DNA of 64,000 nt, from the IMG/VR virus record IMGVR_UViG_3300046517_001279; one strand, 5' to 3'. This document shows, piece after piece, positions 8,402-16,525 of the stretch. Both the position numbers and the translations under genes were made by a program. The DNA comes from an uncultured virus (IMG/VR IMGVR_UViG_3300046517_001279) (Duplodnaviria > Heunggongvirae > Uroviricota > Caudoviricetes). The number at the start of each line of letters is the position of its first letter. Position 1 is the first letter of the stretch. The notes beneath the pieces are model-generated. The model worked only from the letters and a program-made list of their open reading frames with translations. It had not been told where the DNA came from and made no database searches.

Positions 8402-9304
8402 ATGATCGCTACGAAGAAGCTGCAGGAAGCAGTCGCCACGCATGGTAGTTTTCGTGCAGCCGCGAAGGTGCTAGGAGTCGATGAATCAACGGTGCGAAGA
8501 CGGCTGGCGCGGGGCGACGATATAAAGATCCTGCTACGCGAGCACAAGACCGTGAATGACCTGTGCATCAAAGACGGCAGCGTAATCATCGGCTCTGATG
8601 CCCATTACTCCCCCGGCCTGGTGACGACGGCGCACAAAGCGTTCTGCAATGTCATTGCTGAGTTCAAGAGCGAGTTGCGAGCGATCATCCTGAATGGCGA
8701 TTTGCTCGATGGCGGACGAATCAGTCGACACGGACGAATCGGCTGGCAAAAGACGTTCGGCGTCAAGGACGAGCTGGAAGCCGTCCAGGAGCGAACGGGC
8801 GAAATAGAATCGGTTGCGGGCGCACTGCCGCTGTTTCGCACGCAAGGCAACCACGACCTGAGATTCGATACGCGGCTGTCCCAGCAGGCACCCGAGTATG
8901 AAGGCGTCGCAGGTTTTGCCCTCGCGGACCACCTGTCGGCGTGGCATGACTCCTACCGCGTCGACATCAACGACGACACGAAGGTCATTCATGCCGTCGC
9001 CAATGGCATGCACGCAGCGTACAACAACGTCGTGAAAGGTGCAGGGTTCCACGTAGTCACAGGGCACACTCACAGGCTGCAGGCGGTCCAGTTTCGAGGG
9101 TTCGGCAAGTTGCGCTACGGCATTGAGACGGGAATGCTTGCTGATCCCGAGCAGAACGAGTTCTACTACCTGACCGGCAGGAACGCCAACTGGCAGAGCG
9201 GGTTCGCATACTTGACCTGGCGGGACGGCGAGATGCTGTACCCGGAATTCTGCGCGGTCCGGGATGACGGCAAAGCGTACTTTAGAGGGCTGTGGGTCGC
9301 CTGA
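8402..9304 (+). CDS. calcineurin-like metallophosphoesterase with N-terminal HTH
   Basis: SDAH, NGDLLD, GNHD and GHTH motifs; SFRAAAKVLGVDESTVRRR HTH. Confidence 0.85.
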   Translation: MIATKKLQEAVATHGSFRAAAKVLGVDESTVRRRLARGDDIKILLREHKTVNDLCIKDGSVIIGSDAHYSPGLVTTAHKAFCNVIAEFKSELRAIILNGDLLDGGRISRHGRIGWQKTFGVKDELEAVQERTGEIESVAGALPLFRTQGNHDLRFDTRLSQQAPEYEGVAGFALADHLSAWHDSYRVDINDDTKVIHAVANGMHAAYNNVVKGAGFHVVTGHTHRLQAVQFRGFGKLRYGIETGMLADPEQNEFYYLTGRNANWQSGFAYLTWRDGEMLYPEFCAVRDDGKAYFRGLWVA

Positions 9305-9311
9305 GAAATAG

Positions 9312-9341
9312 TTGCTCGAAAACCGCTCCATAGTGTACATT
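9312..9341 (+). promoter_or_regulatory. sigma70-like promoter
   Basis: TTGCTC-18 bp-TACATT. Confidence 0.4.
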
Positions 9342-9386
9342 GGCGGTTCTTCGCTTCACCCAAACCCAACCTGAATAGGACTCCTC

Positions 9387-9692
9387 ATGACCGACGCAAC
9401 CACGACCGAAGCAACGACGGCCGCAGCAGCTGATACGACCACCACGCAAGCAGCCGGCGCGCCGGTCGCAACGCTGAGCGGCAACATTGCGAGCGCGCTG
9501 AGCGCAGTCGCGACGACAACCACCACCGACGCAACAACCGGCACGACCGCCGTCGCGATCCCGGCCGCCTCGCACGAAGAAGCCAAGGGCATTTTCGCCA
9601 GCCTCGCGGAAAAGCTGGCGAACTTTGAGCACGCTTTGGCTGCCGACGCGAAAGCCGAAATCGAAAAGCTGAAAACGCTGCTCCACCTGTAA
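9387..9692 (+). CDS. Thr/Ala-rich low-complexity protein
   Basis: AGGA RBS; helical C-terminus. Confidence 0.6.
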   Translation: MTDATTTEATTAAAADTTTTQAAGAPVATLSGNIASALSAVATTTTTDATTGTTAVAIPAASHEEAKGIFASLAEKLANFEHALAADAKAEIEKLKTLLHL

Positions 9693-9695
9693 GCA

Positions 9696-9918
9696 GCGGT
9701 AAGGCAAGACAGAGAACCGGGCACGCGCCCGGTTCCGTTTCGTTAGGATTTCGAATCATTGCAGTCCTAACGAAACGGCGGTATAAATGTGACCGACCAG
9801 CAAGACACCGCATTGCACATGCGGCGCCCGAAGAGGCGACTCCAAGCGGAGCGTGCCGCAGCCCGTAATGTGCTGACGCGGCTAGGGGCGGTCCCCGCCA
9901 AGGGACCGCCCGCTTTTA
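9696..9918 (+). ncRNA. candidate structured RNA 2 ending in an intrinsic terminator
   Basis: 9-bp hairpin 9714-9735, 14-bp perfect hairpin 9735-9778, multibranch domain 9778-9859, 10-bp GC hairpin 9886-9911 followed by TTTT. Confidence 0.5.
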
Positions 9919-9941
9919 CCTTCGGGACCGCTAAATTCCCC

Positions 9942-9969
9942 TTGCGGAAAACTATAAACAGCGTATAGT
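9942..9969 (+). promoter_or_regulatory. sigma70-like promoter
   Basis: TTGCGG-16 bp-TATAGT. Confidence 0.45.
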
Positions 9970-9999
9970 TTGCTCGTTCCAACTCGAAACCCCGCTACC

Positions 10000-10236
10000 A
10001 TGCGACTTTTACCTGTCATTTTGTTTGCAGTTGCCACCGCTGCGCACGCCCAGTCGGACGACGTGCCTCTCAGAACGCACGCGACGCTGTTTCCTTGTCC
10101 GAACGGCCCCGGCGTCGCCGTGGTTGCGGATCAGCCGGACGGCAGCCAGGAGTGGGCCGGCTGCTGGGGTAGCGATGCTCCAGTGCAGGACGACTACCAC
10201 CGCGACGATCGCCGATCACACACGCTGCGCAAGTGA
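10000..10236 (+). CDS. small secreted protein
   Basis: Signal peptide MRLLPVILFAVATAAHA|Q; two Cys. Confidence 0.55.
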   Translation: MRLLPVILFAVATAAHAQSDDVPLRTHATLFPCPNGPGVAVVADQPDGSQEWAGCWGSDAPVQDDYHRDDRRSHTLRK

Positions 10237-10477
10237 CGGGCGCCCTGAAGTGCGCGACGCAGCCATACAGCCGGTCGATCAGAGACGCGGCTCCCTGTGG
10301 TCTGCGCACACCCCGGAATCAGCCAACGGGACTGCGTGAGCCCTAGTACGCTGGAGAGATCAACCGACTGCCGCTCCCGCGCTCCGGAGGGCCACGATAG
10401 CGTGATCGAGGCTTAGCAGGGAGCCCCAGAAGGGGATACATCGAACCGGGCCGCACTTCAGGGCGTCTGCCCTTTTT
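10237..10477 (+). ncRNA. candidate structured RNA 3 (nested long-range stems)
   Basis: 18-bp closing stem 10237-10254/10452-10469 with 2 G-U; nested 10271-10279/10440-10449 and 10289-10297/10417-10425; then TTTTT. Confidence 0.55.
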
Positions 10478-10500
10478 AACAACCACAAGAAGGAGTACTA

Positions 10501-10830
10501 ATGGGTTCTTTGAAAGCGTTTCTCATTACCGTTGCCGTGGTCTTAGGCATCGCGGCGCTCGGGGTCGCCGGCCGCGAGTTCTCGCTGCGCATGAACGCGC
10601 ACTACGCCCCGCGCGAAGAGCAGGTGCGCCACAACACGTTCGAGTGCAGCCAGTCGCACAGCGACGGCATGGCGCGCGAGATCCGCCAGTATCAGGATCA
10701 GTATGGCGCTGCCGACACTGCGGGTAAGGCAGTCATTCGTCAGCGCGTGCTGCAAGACGCCGAGAGCCAAAACAGCGACGCCTGCCCGCTGCCGTCCGAT
10801 GTTCAATCGTTTGTTCAATCCCTTCGTTAA
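10501..10830 (+). CDS. membrane-anchored hypothetical protein
   Basis: AAGGAG RBS; N-terminal TM helix; Cys pair. Confidence 0.75.
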   Translation: MGSLKAFLITVAVVLGIAALGVAGREFSLRMNAHYAPREEQVRHNTFECSQSHSDGMAREIRQYQDQYGAADTAGKAVIRQRVLQDAESQNSDACPLPSDVQSFVQSLR

Positions 10831-10833
10831 GCC

Positions 10834-11394
10834 ATGAACCTGAATACTTTCCGCCGTCCGCTCGCCGCTTTCGCAATCTGCGTGGGTGCTTTTTTCGTCC
10901 TGACCGCTGAATCGTGCGACGACCCAACGCCGCCGACCGCGAACCAGCGCGAGCAACGCGCGCAGGCGCAATTGACCGCCGAGTCGCAAATGACCGTCGG
11001 CATGCCAAACATCACGAACTTCAATCAGAAGAAACAGCTGAAGGCAATCATCGAAGCCTTCGACCAGCCGAACCTGATTACCTACAGCTACATCGTGAAC
11101 ATGAGCGGCAAGGCTGTGCCGCTGTGCCGCTCGCAGGGCTACGGCTTCAATGAGGCAACGCAGTTCACGAACCCGCTGGCGATTGAGTGGCGTCAGGGGC
11201 AGGGAAGTGGCAGTAGCATCGCGAGCGGCGTCGTCGGCCAGGCCGATCCGACCGGTCTGTACTCGCCGACCACGTCCGAGGGCACGCTGCTGATGTGCCT
11301 GACGACCGCAGGCAAGGTGCTTCCGGTGCGCAGCGAACCGAGCATTCTTACGCTGCCGGTGCCGTACGAGCAACTCGACCGCTCGGGGATGTAA
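10834..11394 (+). CDS. putative exported protein or lipoprotein
   Basis: Basic then hydrophobic N-terminus ending LTAESC (lipobox-like). Confidence 0.7.
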   Translation: MNLNTFRRPLAAFAICVGAFFVLTAESCDDPTPPTANQREQRAQAQLTAESQMTVGMPNITNFNQKKQLKAIIEAFDQPNLITYSYIVNMSGKAVPLCRSQGYGFNEATQFTNPLAIEWRQGQGSGSSIASGVVGQADPTGLYSPTTSEGTLLMCLTTAGKVLPVRSEPSILTLPVPYEQLDRSGM

Positions 11395-11400
11395 CCACTT

Positions 11401-12777
11401 ATGAAAACCATCGACACCACCAAACCCTGGGTCGTGAACCCGGAAACCGACTTAACCGTCCCCGAGATCTGCGGCCCGGCCGGCATCTGCATGGACGTGC
11501 ACGGCGCCACGACCGAACAGGCGCAAGAGATCGCCGACATGCTGAACCCGCTGGCCTGCGTGGAGGGCCAACTCGCCGAGTTCCGCGCGCCGTACAGCGT
11601 CGAAGTGCGCCAAGGTGACTGCGAGGTCATCTACAACGCGCCGAACGCTGAGGAGGCAATCTGGATGATGAAGCGCGCCGACACGGAGGTGACGGGCGAC
11701 GCTACGCCTATCAATATCTCGGTGCACGCGCCCGATCCCGAGAAGGCTGCCGACGCGCTGACGCGTTACTTCCGGCGCGGCGACGAGACGCCAGCGGCGC
11801 TCGACGAATCGACGACGTTCGTTATGAACGGCCGTCAGTACGGCAAGACGCACTCGATGCTCCAGGACGCGTATGCGCGCCTCAACAAGCTGACCTCTGA
11901 GAACGAGCGCCTGAAGGCCGAACTCCGCGACGCGGGCCAGATGCGCGACCAATGGCAGAACGCGTTCAATGCCGCGACCGAGCGCTTCGAGCAGGCAGAC
12001 CACGAGAGTCGGACGTGGCAGATGAACGCTGCGAGCTATTTGCGCAGCATGCACTGGTATCAGGAGCAACTCGACCGCTGCGGCCGCGCGCTCGGCGTCG
12101 AAGCATTCACGTGCGACGACGGCGGCAAGAGCGACACGCCGCTGCGCGCCAAGGTGGCGGAACTGGTGGAGCAGGTGTGCTTTGAAAACGCGGGCGCCAA
12201 GGGCGTCCCGCGATCACAGGTGCACGAACTGATCGCGGGCGCGATCTACAGTTTCGCGGGCGGGCTGACGACACGCGCAGGCATTCTCACTGTTGGCAGC
12301 GCGTGCGACGCAGCGCCGATGGCGGAGGAGGCAGACAAGTTTTGCAAGAGAGCGGGTCTGGTCGGCGAGCCCGACGTGAGAGGCTGGAGCAGCAAGATTG
12401 CGCTGTTCCTGGATCACGCGGAACAGACGGTCAAGCGCGGCCCCTGCGCCAAACAGACCGTCACCGCGACGATCGTCACGCCGACCGGCGAGCGCTTCGT
12501 GGGCACCAACGACTGTGCCAACCCGCAGACCACTTGCCCGCGCGACGTCTATGGCTACAAGACCGGCGAGGGCTACCACCTGTGCGAGGAAGTCTGCCGC
12601 CAGACCGGCCACGCCGAGGTCAACGCGCTGCGTGCGGCCGGCGAGAAGGCTCGCGGCGCCACGATGCATATCGAGGGTCATACGTATGCGTGCGGGCCGT
12701 GCCAGGAGTCGGTCATCAAGGCAGGCGTCAAGGACGTCTTCTTTCAAATGGCACCCGCGCAGCGTCCGAATAAATAA
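11401..12777 (+). CDS. mosaic protein with C-terminal dCMP/cytidine deaminase domain
   Basis: GPCAKQTVTA...GTN...CPR...HAEVNAL...YACGPC zinc-deaminase motifs in the last ~120 aa. Confidence 0.75.
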   Translation: MKTIDTTKPWVVNPETDLTVPEICGPAGICMDVHGATTEQAQEIADMLNPLACVEGQLAEFRAPYSVEVRQGDCEVIYNAPNAEEAIWMMKRADTEVTGDATPINISVHAPDPEKAADALTRYFRRGDETPAALDESTTFVMNGRQYGKTHSMLQDAYARLNKLTSENERLKAELRDAGQMRDQWQNAFNAATERFEQADHESRTWQMNAASYLRSMHWYQEQLDRCGRALGVEAFTCDDGGKSDTPLRAKVAELVEQVCFENAGAKGVPRSQVHELIAGAIYSFAGGLTTRAGILTVGSACDAAPMAEEADKFCKRAGLVGEPDVRGWSSKIALFLDHAEQTVKRGPCAKQTVTATIVTPTGERFVGTNDCANPQTTCPRDVYGYKTGEGYHLCEEVCRQTGHAEVNALRAAGEKARGATMHIEGHTYACGPCQESVIKAGVKDVFFQMAPAQRPNK

Positions 12778-12780
12778 CCC

Positions 12781-12818
12781 TTGCGCGGGGCTAATGGCGA
12801 TGTATGATTAGCCCCGCG
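12781..12818 (+). promoter_or_regulatory. promoter inside a 12-bp perfect inverted repeat
   Basis: CGCGGGGCTAAT(12784)/ATTAGCCCCGCG(12807); TTGCGC-16 bp-TATGAT. Confidence 0.45.
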
Positions 12819-12839
12819 AAAACCCACTGCGGAACGGAA

Positions 12840-13184
12840 ATGAAGACACGGTACAAACTGGACTACGACTGGAAGGCCGGCATGATCGTCGAGGTCGACG
12901 ACGAAGTGCTGACACCGCAGATCCTGGACGAATGGAACACCTTCTGGGGCGGTGCCGACGAGCGCGCTGAAGCGGAGGGCGGCCCGCTCGTACCCCTGCT
13001 GAAGATGATGCACCGAGTTGCGCTGCGCGAGAGCATCGCATCGAATAGCCCGCTCGCGAGCCTGCGCGAGGGTCGCGAGGAAGGCTTCCCGAAGATGGAT
13101 GGCAGCGCCGGCATCACGATCATCGAGTTCGACGAGTTCGAGTTCGACGGAGACGATATTACGTGCGAGAAGGTGTCGACGTGA
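12840..13184 (+). CDS. hypothetical phage protein (possibly DUF2528-like)
   Basis: YKLDYDWKAGMIVEVD...EWNTFW pattern recalled from phage proteins, not verified. Confidence 0.6.
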   Translation: MKTRYKLDYDWKAGMIVEVDDEVLTPQILDEWNTFWGGADERAEAEGGPLVPLLKMMHRVALRESIASNSPLASLREGREEGFPKMDGSAGITIIEFDEFEFDGDDITCEKVST

Positions 13185-13194
13185 GCAAGCCGCT

Positions 13195-13440
13195 GTGACC
13201 CACGGCCCCTTCCACCGGTTCGAAGCGATGATGCTTGACGCGTCGCGGCGCGCGCCCTACGTCGCTGAGGCGTTTCGCATCGTCACTGCGGATCTGGCGT
13301 TCAAACTGGTGGACGAGGGCGCGGCCGCCGCGCACGCCGACGTGATCAACGCGATGGCGATGCAGTGCGGCATGGTCATCAGCGTGTCGGCGCAGCCTCG
13401 CGCGTGGACTTACGAACTGACGGAAGGGCCGCACGCGTGA
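13195..13440 (+). CDS. hypothetical protein
   Basis: Fills the operon gap; GTGA coupling with the next gene. Confidence 0.45.
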   Translation: MTHGPFHRFEAMMLDASRRAPYVAEAFRIVTADLAFKLVDEGAAAAHADVINAMAMQCGMVISVSAQPRAWTYELTEGPHA

Positions 13441-13682
13441 AGTCCAGTTACACCGCCTACGCCACGCTCGCCAACGGCGCCAGCGTCTCGACACCGTTCA
13501 CCTGCGCCCTGCGCGCCGTGGCGCACGCGAAACAGGTTCACAGCGATGCCGGCGCGTGCTTCGTCGTGCGCAACGGCGCCGATTCGGAAGTGATCTTCAA
13601 TACCCACGGGTCGCTGCTCGATGTGCTGACGCACGCGGGCCGGTCAGTAAAACCGAAGGCCACAGAAAACACTTTACCTTAA
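13437..13682 (+). CDS. hypothetical protein
   Basis: GTG coupled to the previous stop. Confidence 0.45.
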   Translation: MKSSYTAYATLANGASVSTPFTCALRAVAHAKQVHSDAGACFVVRNGADSEVIFNTHGSLLDVLTHAGRSVKPKATENTLP

Positions 13683-13700
13683 CTATAAATTAGATATAAT
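13673..13700 (+). promoter_or_regulatory. sigma70-like promoter
   Basis: TTTACC-16 bp-TATAAT in an AT-rich patch. Confidence 0.5.
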
Positions 13701-13735
13701 TAGCTCACACCAACCAACACGTAGGAGTCCTGATC

Positions 13736-13969
13736 ATGAACCTTTTCAACCTGTTCTCTGCACCGAAGCCGGCTGACATCGCTGAGAAGCATCTGCGCCT
13801 GGCGCAACTCCAGCTGCTCGAAGCGCACGGCGCCCGCGAGGCTGCGAACGCCCAGGTGAATGCCCTGCAGGAGCGCGTGCGCCGCCTGACGACCACCGTC
13901 CAGACGCTGTCGGCAGAGAGCCCGTCTGACATCCCAACTCATGGCGCACTGGCATGGACAAAGAGCTAA
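13736..13969 (+). CDS. hypothetical protein
   Basis: AGGAG RBS. Confidence 0.6.
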   Translation: MNLFNLFSAPKPADIAEKHLRLAQLQLLEAHGAREAANAQVNALQERVRRLTTTVQTLSAESPSDIPTHGALAWTKS

Positions 13970-14424
13970 AAGCGAAACTGCTGGAGGCGGCCGATCTCGC
14001 GCTCAAACTGTGGCAGACAGACATGGCGAAAGCCATTCTCGCTGCCAACGCCGAGATCGATCGCCTGCACCAGGTGCTGTACGAGCAGGGGCAGCGGACG
14101 GCGCGAGTCTCGCAAGCGATGCTGACCGTTCTGCCGCTCCTGCGCCGCATCGAGGAGCCGAGCGAGGAGATGTTTGCGGCGATGTGTCTCGGCCGGACCC
14201 CGTTCATCCATCGCCGCAAGGCGGACAAGAGCGGCTACGAGGTGGTCCGGATGGATAGCGCCGATTGGCGCAGCGGCGTGAGCGAGAAGCAGACCGTCGT
14301 GTTCGATGGTGGAGACGAGGAGTCACTGACGTTCTATCACCGTGTGACCTTCCGGTGGCGCTACAACGAGATGCTGTGCGTCGCGAACAGTCAACCGATT
14401 CATAACCAGGAACAACCGGCATGA
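13954..14424 (+). CDS. hypothetical protein
   Basis: ORF overlapping both neighbours. Confidence 0.6.
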   Translation: MDKELKAKLLEAADLALKLWQTDMAKAILAANAEIDRLHQVLYEQGQRTARVSQAMLTVLPLLRRIEEPSEEMFAAMCLGRTPFIHRRKADKSGYEVVRMDSADWRSGVSEKQTVVFDGGDEESLTFYHRVTFRWRYNEMLCVANSQPIHNQEQPA

Positions 14425-14627
14425 AACCCACACTGACATTCGAAGGCCGCGACCCCGGCGACGCTGAGCCCCTGTTCATCGACGGCAAGCCGATGGACGT
14501 CGCAGTCGCGACCGAGATCAAGGACGGCCCGCTCGCGGGGATTCACATTTTCTCGAATCGCGCCCGCGCTGAAGAGTGGTGCTGGAAGAACGGTTTCGAG
14601 CCCGCGTTTGAGGGAGAGTCGGCGTGA
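14421..14627 (+). CDS. hypothetical protein
   Basis: ATGA coupling. Confidence 0.55.
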   Translation: MKPTLTFEGRDPGDAEPLFIDGKPMDVAVATEIKDGPLAGIHIFSNRARAEEWCWKNGFEPAFEGESA

Positions 14628-15229
14628 CGGAACCTGCCTACTTCATGATCGAAGGCGGCCGCGCGCTCGAACTGGCGAAGCGGCACATTAAGGACGTGCG
14701 CCGCGTACGCAATGCGTCGATAGCGCTAAGCCTGGAACTCGGCGCCGAGCGTTTCCGTGTGTGCCAGTCCAGCGGCGTCCTGTCCGCTGTAGAGTTTGGT
14801 AAATCGCAGGTGAGGCATCCCGACTTCAAGGTGCCTGGAAAGTACGGCAGCCTCCCGAAGAAGGGCACCGAGTGGGCAAATCGCTTCGCAGCGCAGGTCG
14901 GCCACGACAGCGCCTCGAAGGTCATAGGCGACGCGTTCGATATCCCGTTCTCGCTCTCGTACGGCAAGACAGATCTTTCGGGCTGGCGCCACATCGGATA
15001 CCCGCTGCAAGAGTGCGGCTTCCTGTACCCGGGCGAGAAAGGCCCGTTCGCGATGTACGTGGTCGACGTGCCGGCCGAGGTCGCTGCGATGAAGGTGCAG
15101 GGCTATAAGGTCGGCGAGCCCGCTGCGTCGTTCAAGATGGAGTTCGACGGCGCGCGCCGCATCCACAAGGAAGAGTGGGACATCGTCGTGACGCAGCACG
15201 CGCTGAAAGAGAAGCGACAGCCGGCGTGA
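14624..15229 (+). CDS. hypothetical phage protein
   Basis: GTGA coupling, GGGAG RBS. Confidence 0.65.
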   Translation: MTEPAYFMIEGGRALELAKRHIKDVRRVRNASIALSLELGAERFRVCQSSGVLSAVEFGKSQVRHPDFKVPGKYGSLPKKGTEWANRFAAQVGHDSASKVIGDAFDIPFSLSYGKTDLSGWRHIGYPLQECGFLYPGEKGPFAMYVVDVPAEVAAMKVQGYKVGEPAASFKMEFDGARRIHKEEWDIVVTQHALKEKRQPA

Positions 15230-15252
15230 CGGCAGTCATTTTATGCGCATCT

Positions 15253-15274
15253 AAACCCTCTACGGAGGGTTTTG
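15253..15274 (+). terminator. intrinsic terminator
   Basis: AAACCCTC-TACG-GAGGGTTT(T). Confidence 0.6.
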
Positions 15275-15313
15275 GTGTTAAGCTATAAATTCAACAATTT
15301 CAGGGAAGAAGAC

Positions 15314-15817
15314 ATGTCTCATTTTTTAGACGTCGTGCGTTTTAACGAGGCCGCGCGCGGCGCGCTCCCGCACACTCCGACGAAGCTCTCGCACGCCGAC
15401 ACGAAGCTCGCTCTGCGCTTAGTGCTGGAGGAGTCATTCGAGTGCGTGACCGCGATGTTCGACCCGGACAGCGCGGTGTACAAGCGCCTGCTGAGCCATC
15501 ACGAGCACATGCAGTACGTCCTGAAGACCGAGACGACCGCGCGCGATCTGCAGCAGGACGACGTCGAGTTGCTCGACGGCCTATGCGATACGCTCGTGGT
15601 CGCGATGGGAATGGCTGCGATGGCCGGCCTGCCGCTCGACGAAGGTATGGACGTCGTCAACGCGAGCAACCTCGCGAAGATCGATCCAGTGTCCGGCCGC
15701 TGCATCAAGGACGCGGGCGGAAAAATTCAGAAGCCTGCGGGATGGGTAAAGCCGGACCTCGCAGCGGTGATCGAGCGTGCGCGTGAGCACGGCAACCGAG
15801 GAGCCAAGCCATGCTGA
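15314..15817 (+). CDS. MazG-like (all-alpha) nucleotide pyrophosphohydrolase
   Basis: LVLEESFE...ELLDGLCDTLVV...VNASNLAK...KDAGGKIQKPAGWVKPDL. Confidence 0.85.
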   Translation: MSHFLDVVRFNEAARGALPHTPTKLSHADTKLALRLVLEESFECVTAMFDPDSAVYKRLLSHHEHMQYVLKTETTARDLQQDDVELLDGLCDTLVVAMGMAAMAGLPLDEGMDVVNASNLAKIDPVSGRCIKDAGGKIQKPAGWVKPDLAAVIERAREHGNRGAKPC

Positions 15818-16218
15818 AATGGTTCAATTTGCAGGATATCCACAAGCACAAAAAAATGCGCGACGCGTACTCCAGCTATCGTGGCCGGATTGCGCGCACG
15901 CACGCGAAGTACGCACGCCACATCGATATCCAGCGGACCGGCGCCGGCCGGCCGACGCGCGTCACGCTGATCACGATGGAAGGCGTCGAGGCGCTCTACG
16001 ACCCATCAGAGGAACTGCCCAAGCTGCGCGCCTACCACGTGCCGATGCGGCTGACGGACAAGGCCCGCGCGTACATTCTCGAAGGCGGCATCGACACCAA
16101 GTTCACGACGGAAGGACTGGAGGAGAAGCCGCGCCAGATGAACCGCGAGCAGTTCATCGCGTTTCTGACGAAGATCGGCAACGACGAGTTAGTCGAGCCG
16201 GACTTTATCCCTCTCTGA
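15811..16218 (+). CDS. hypothetical protein
   Basis: GAGGAG RBS. Confidence 0.6.
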   Translation: MLKWFNLQDIHKHKKMRDAYSSYRGRIARTHAKYARHIDIQRTGAGRPTRVTLITMEGVEALYDPSEELPKLRAYHVPMRLTDKARAYILEGGIDTKFTTEGLEEKPRQMNREQFIAFLTKIGNDELVEPDFIPL

Positions 16219-16219
16219 T

Positions 16220-16525
16220 ATGCGAACGATCCATAAGTTTAGAGGGCAGCCGCCCAGCGGCCGCAATGCGGGCGAGTTCCTGGTAGAGATGCCGCGCAAC
16301 GCGGACATCCTCTGCGTGAAGGTGCAGGACGGCACCGCGCGCGTCTGGGCGATCGTCGAGGACGACGCGAAGGCTGAGATGCGCCGAGTCGTGGTGGTCG
16401 GTACCGGCTGGCCGCTTCCTGCTGACATGGGGCGCGGCGAGTATATCGGCACGTACCAGACGGATGGCTTCGTGTGGCACGTGTTCGCTGCGAAGCCGAA
16501 CGCGCTATCGGGAGAGGCAAAGTGA
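16220..16525 (+). CDS. hypothetical phage protein
   Basis: VVGTGW...YIGTYQ...FVWHVF. Confidence 0.65.
   Translation: MRTIHKFRGQPPSGRNAGEFLVEMPRNADILCVKVQDGTARVWAIVEDDAKAEMRRVVVVGTGWPLPADMGRGEYIGTYQTDGFVWHVFAAKPNALSGEAK

Noticed and set aside
9778..9863. tRNA-Cys(GCA) gene
   Set aside because: Cloverleaf-like, but it has no TTC T-loop in place, a poor D-arm, C at position 37 and no CCA. Kept only as part of a candidate ncRNA.
10237..10477. 6S RNA or RNase P identity for RNA 3
   Set aside because: It has a CCCTGAA/TTCAGGG helix but no symmetric central bubble, and no GAGGAAAGTCC-type RNase P core.
11827..11850. Terminase large subunit, from the GRQYGKT motif
   Set aside because: Isolated motif with no Walker B or nuclease domain.
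3969..15289. Repeated CTATAAA (3969, 4571, 9952, 13683, 15283) as a phage-specific promoter or operator
   Set aside because: Only 7 bp, with inconsistent flanks and position; AT-rich promoter regions can explain it.
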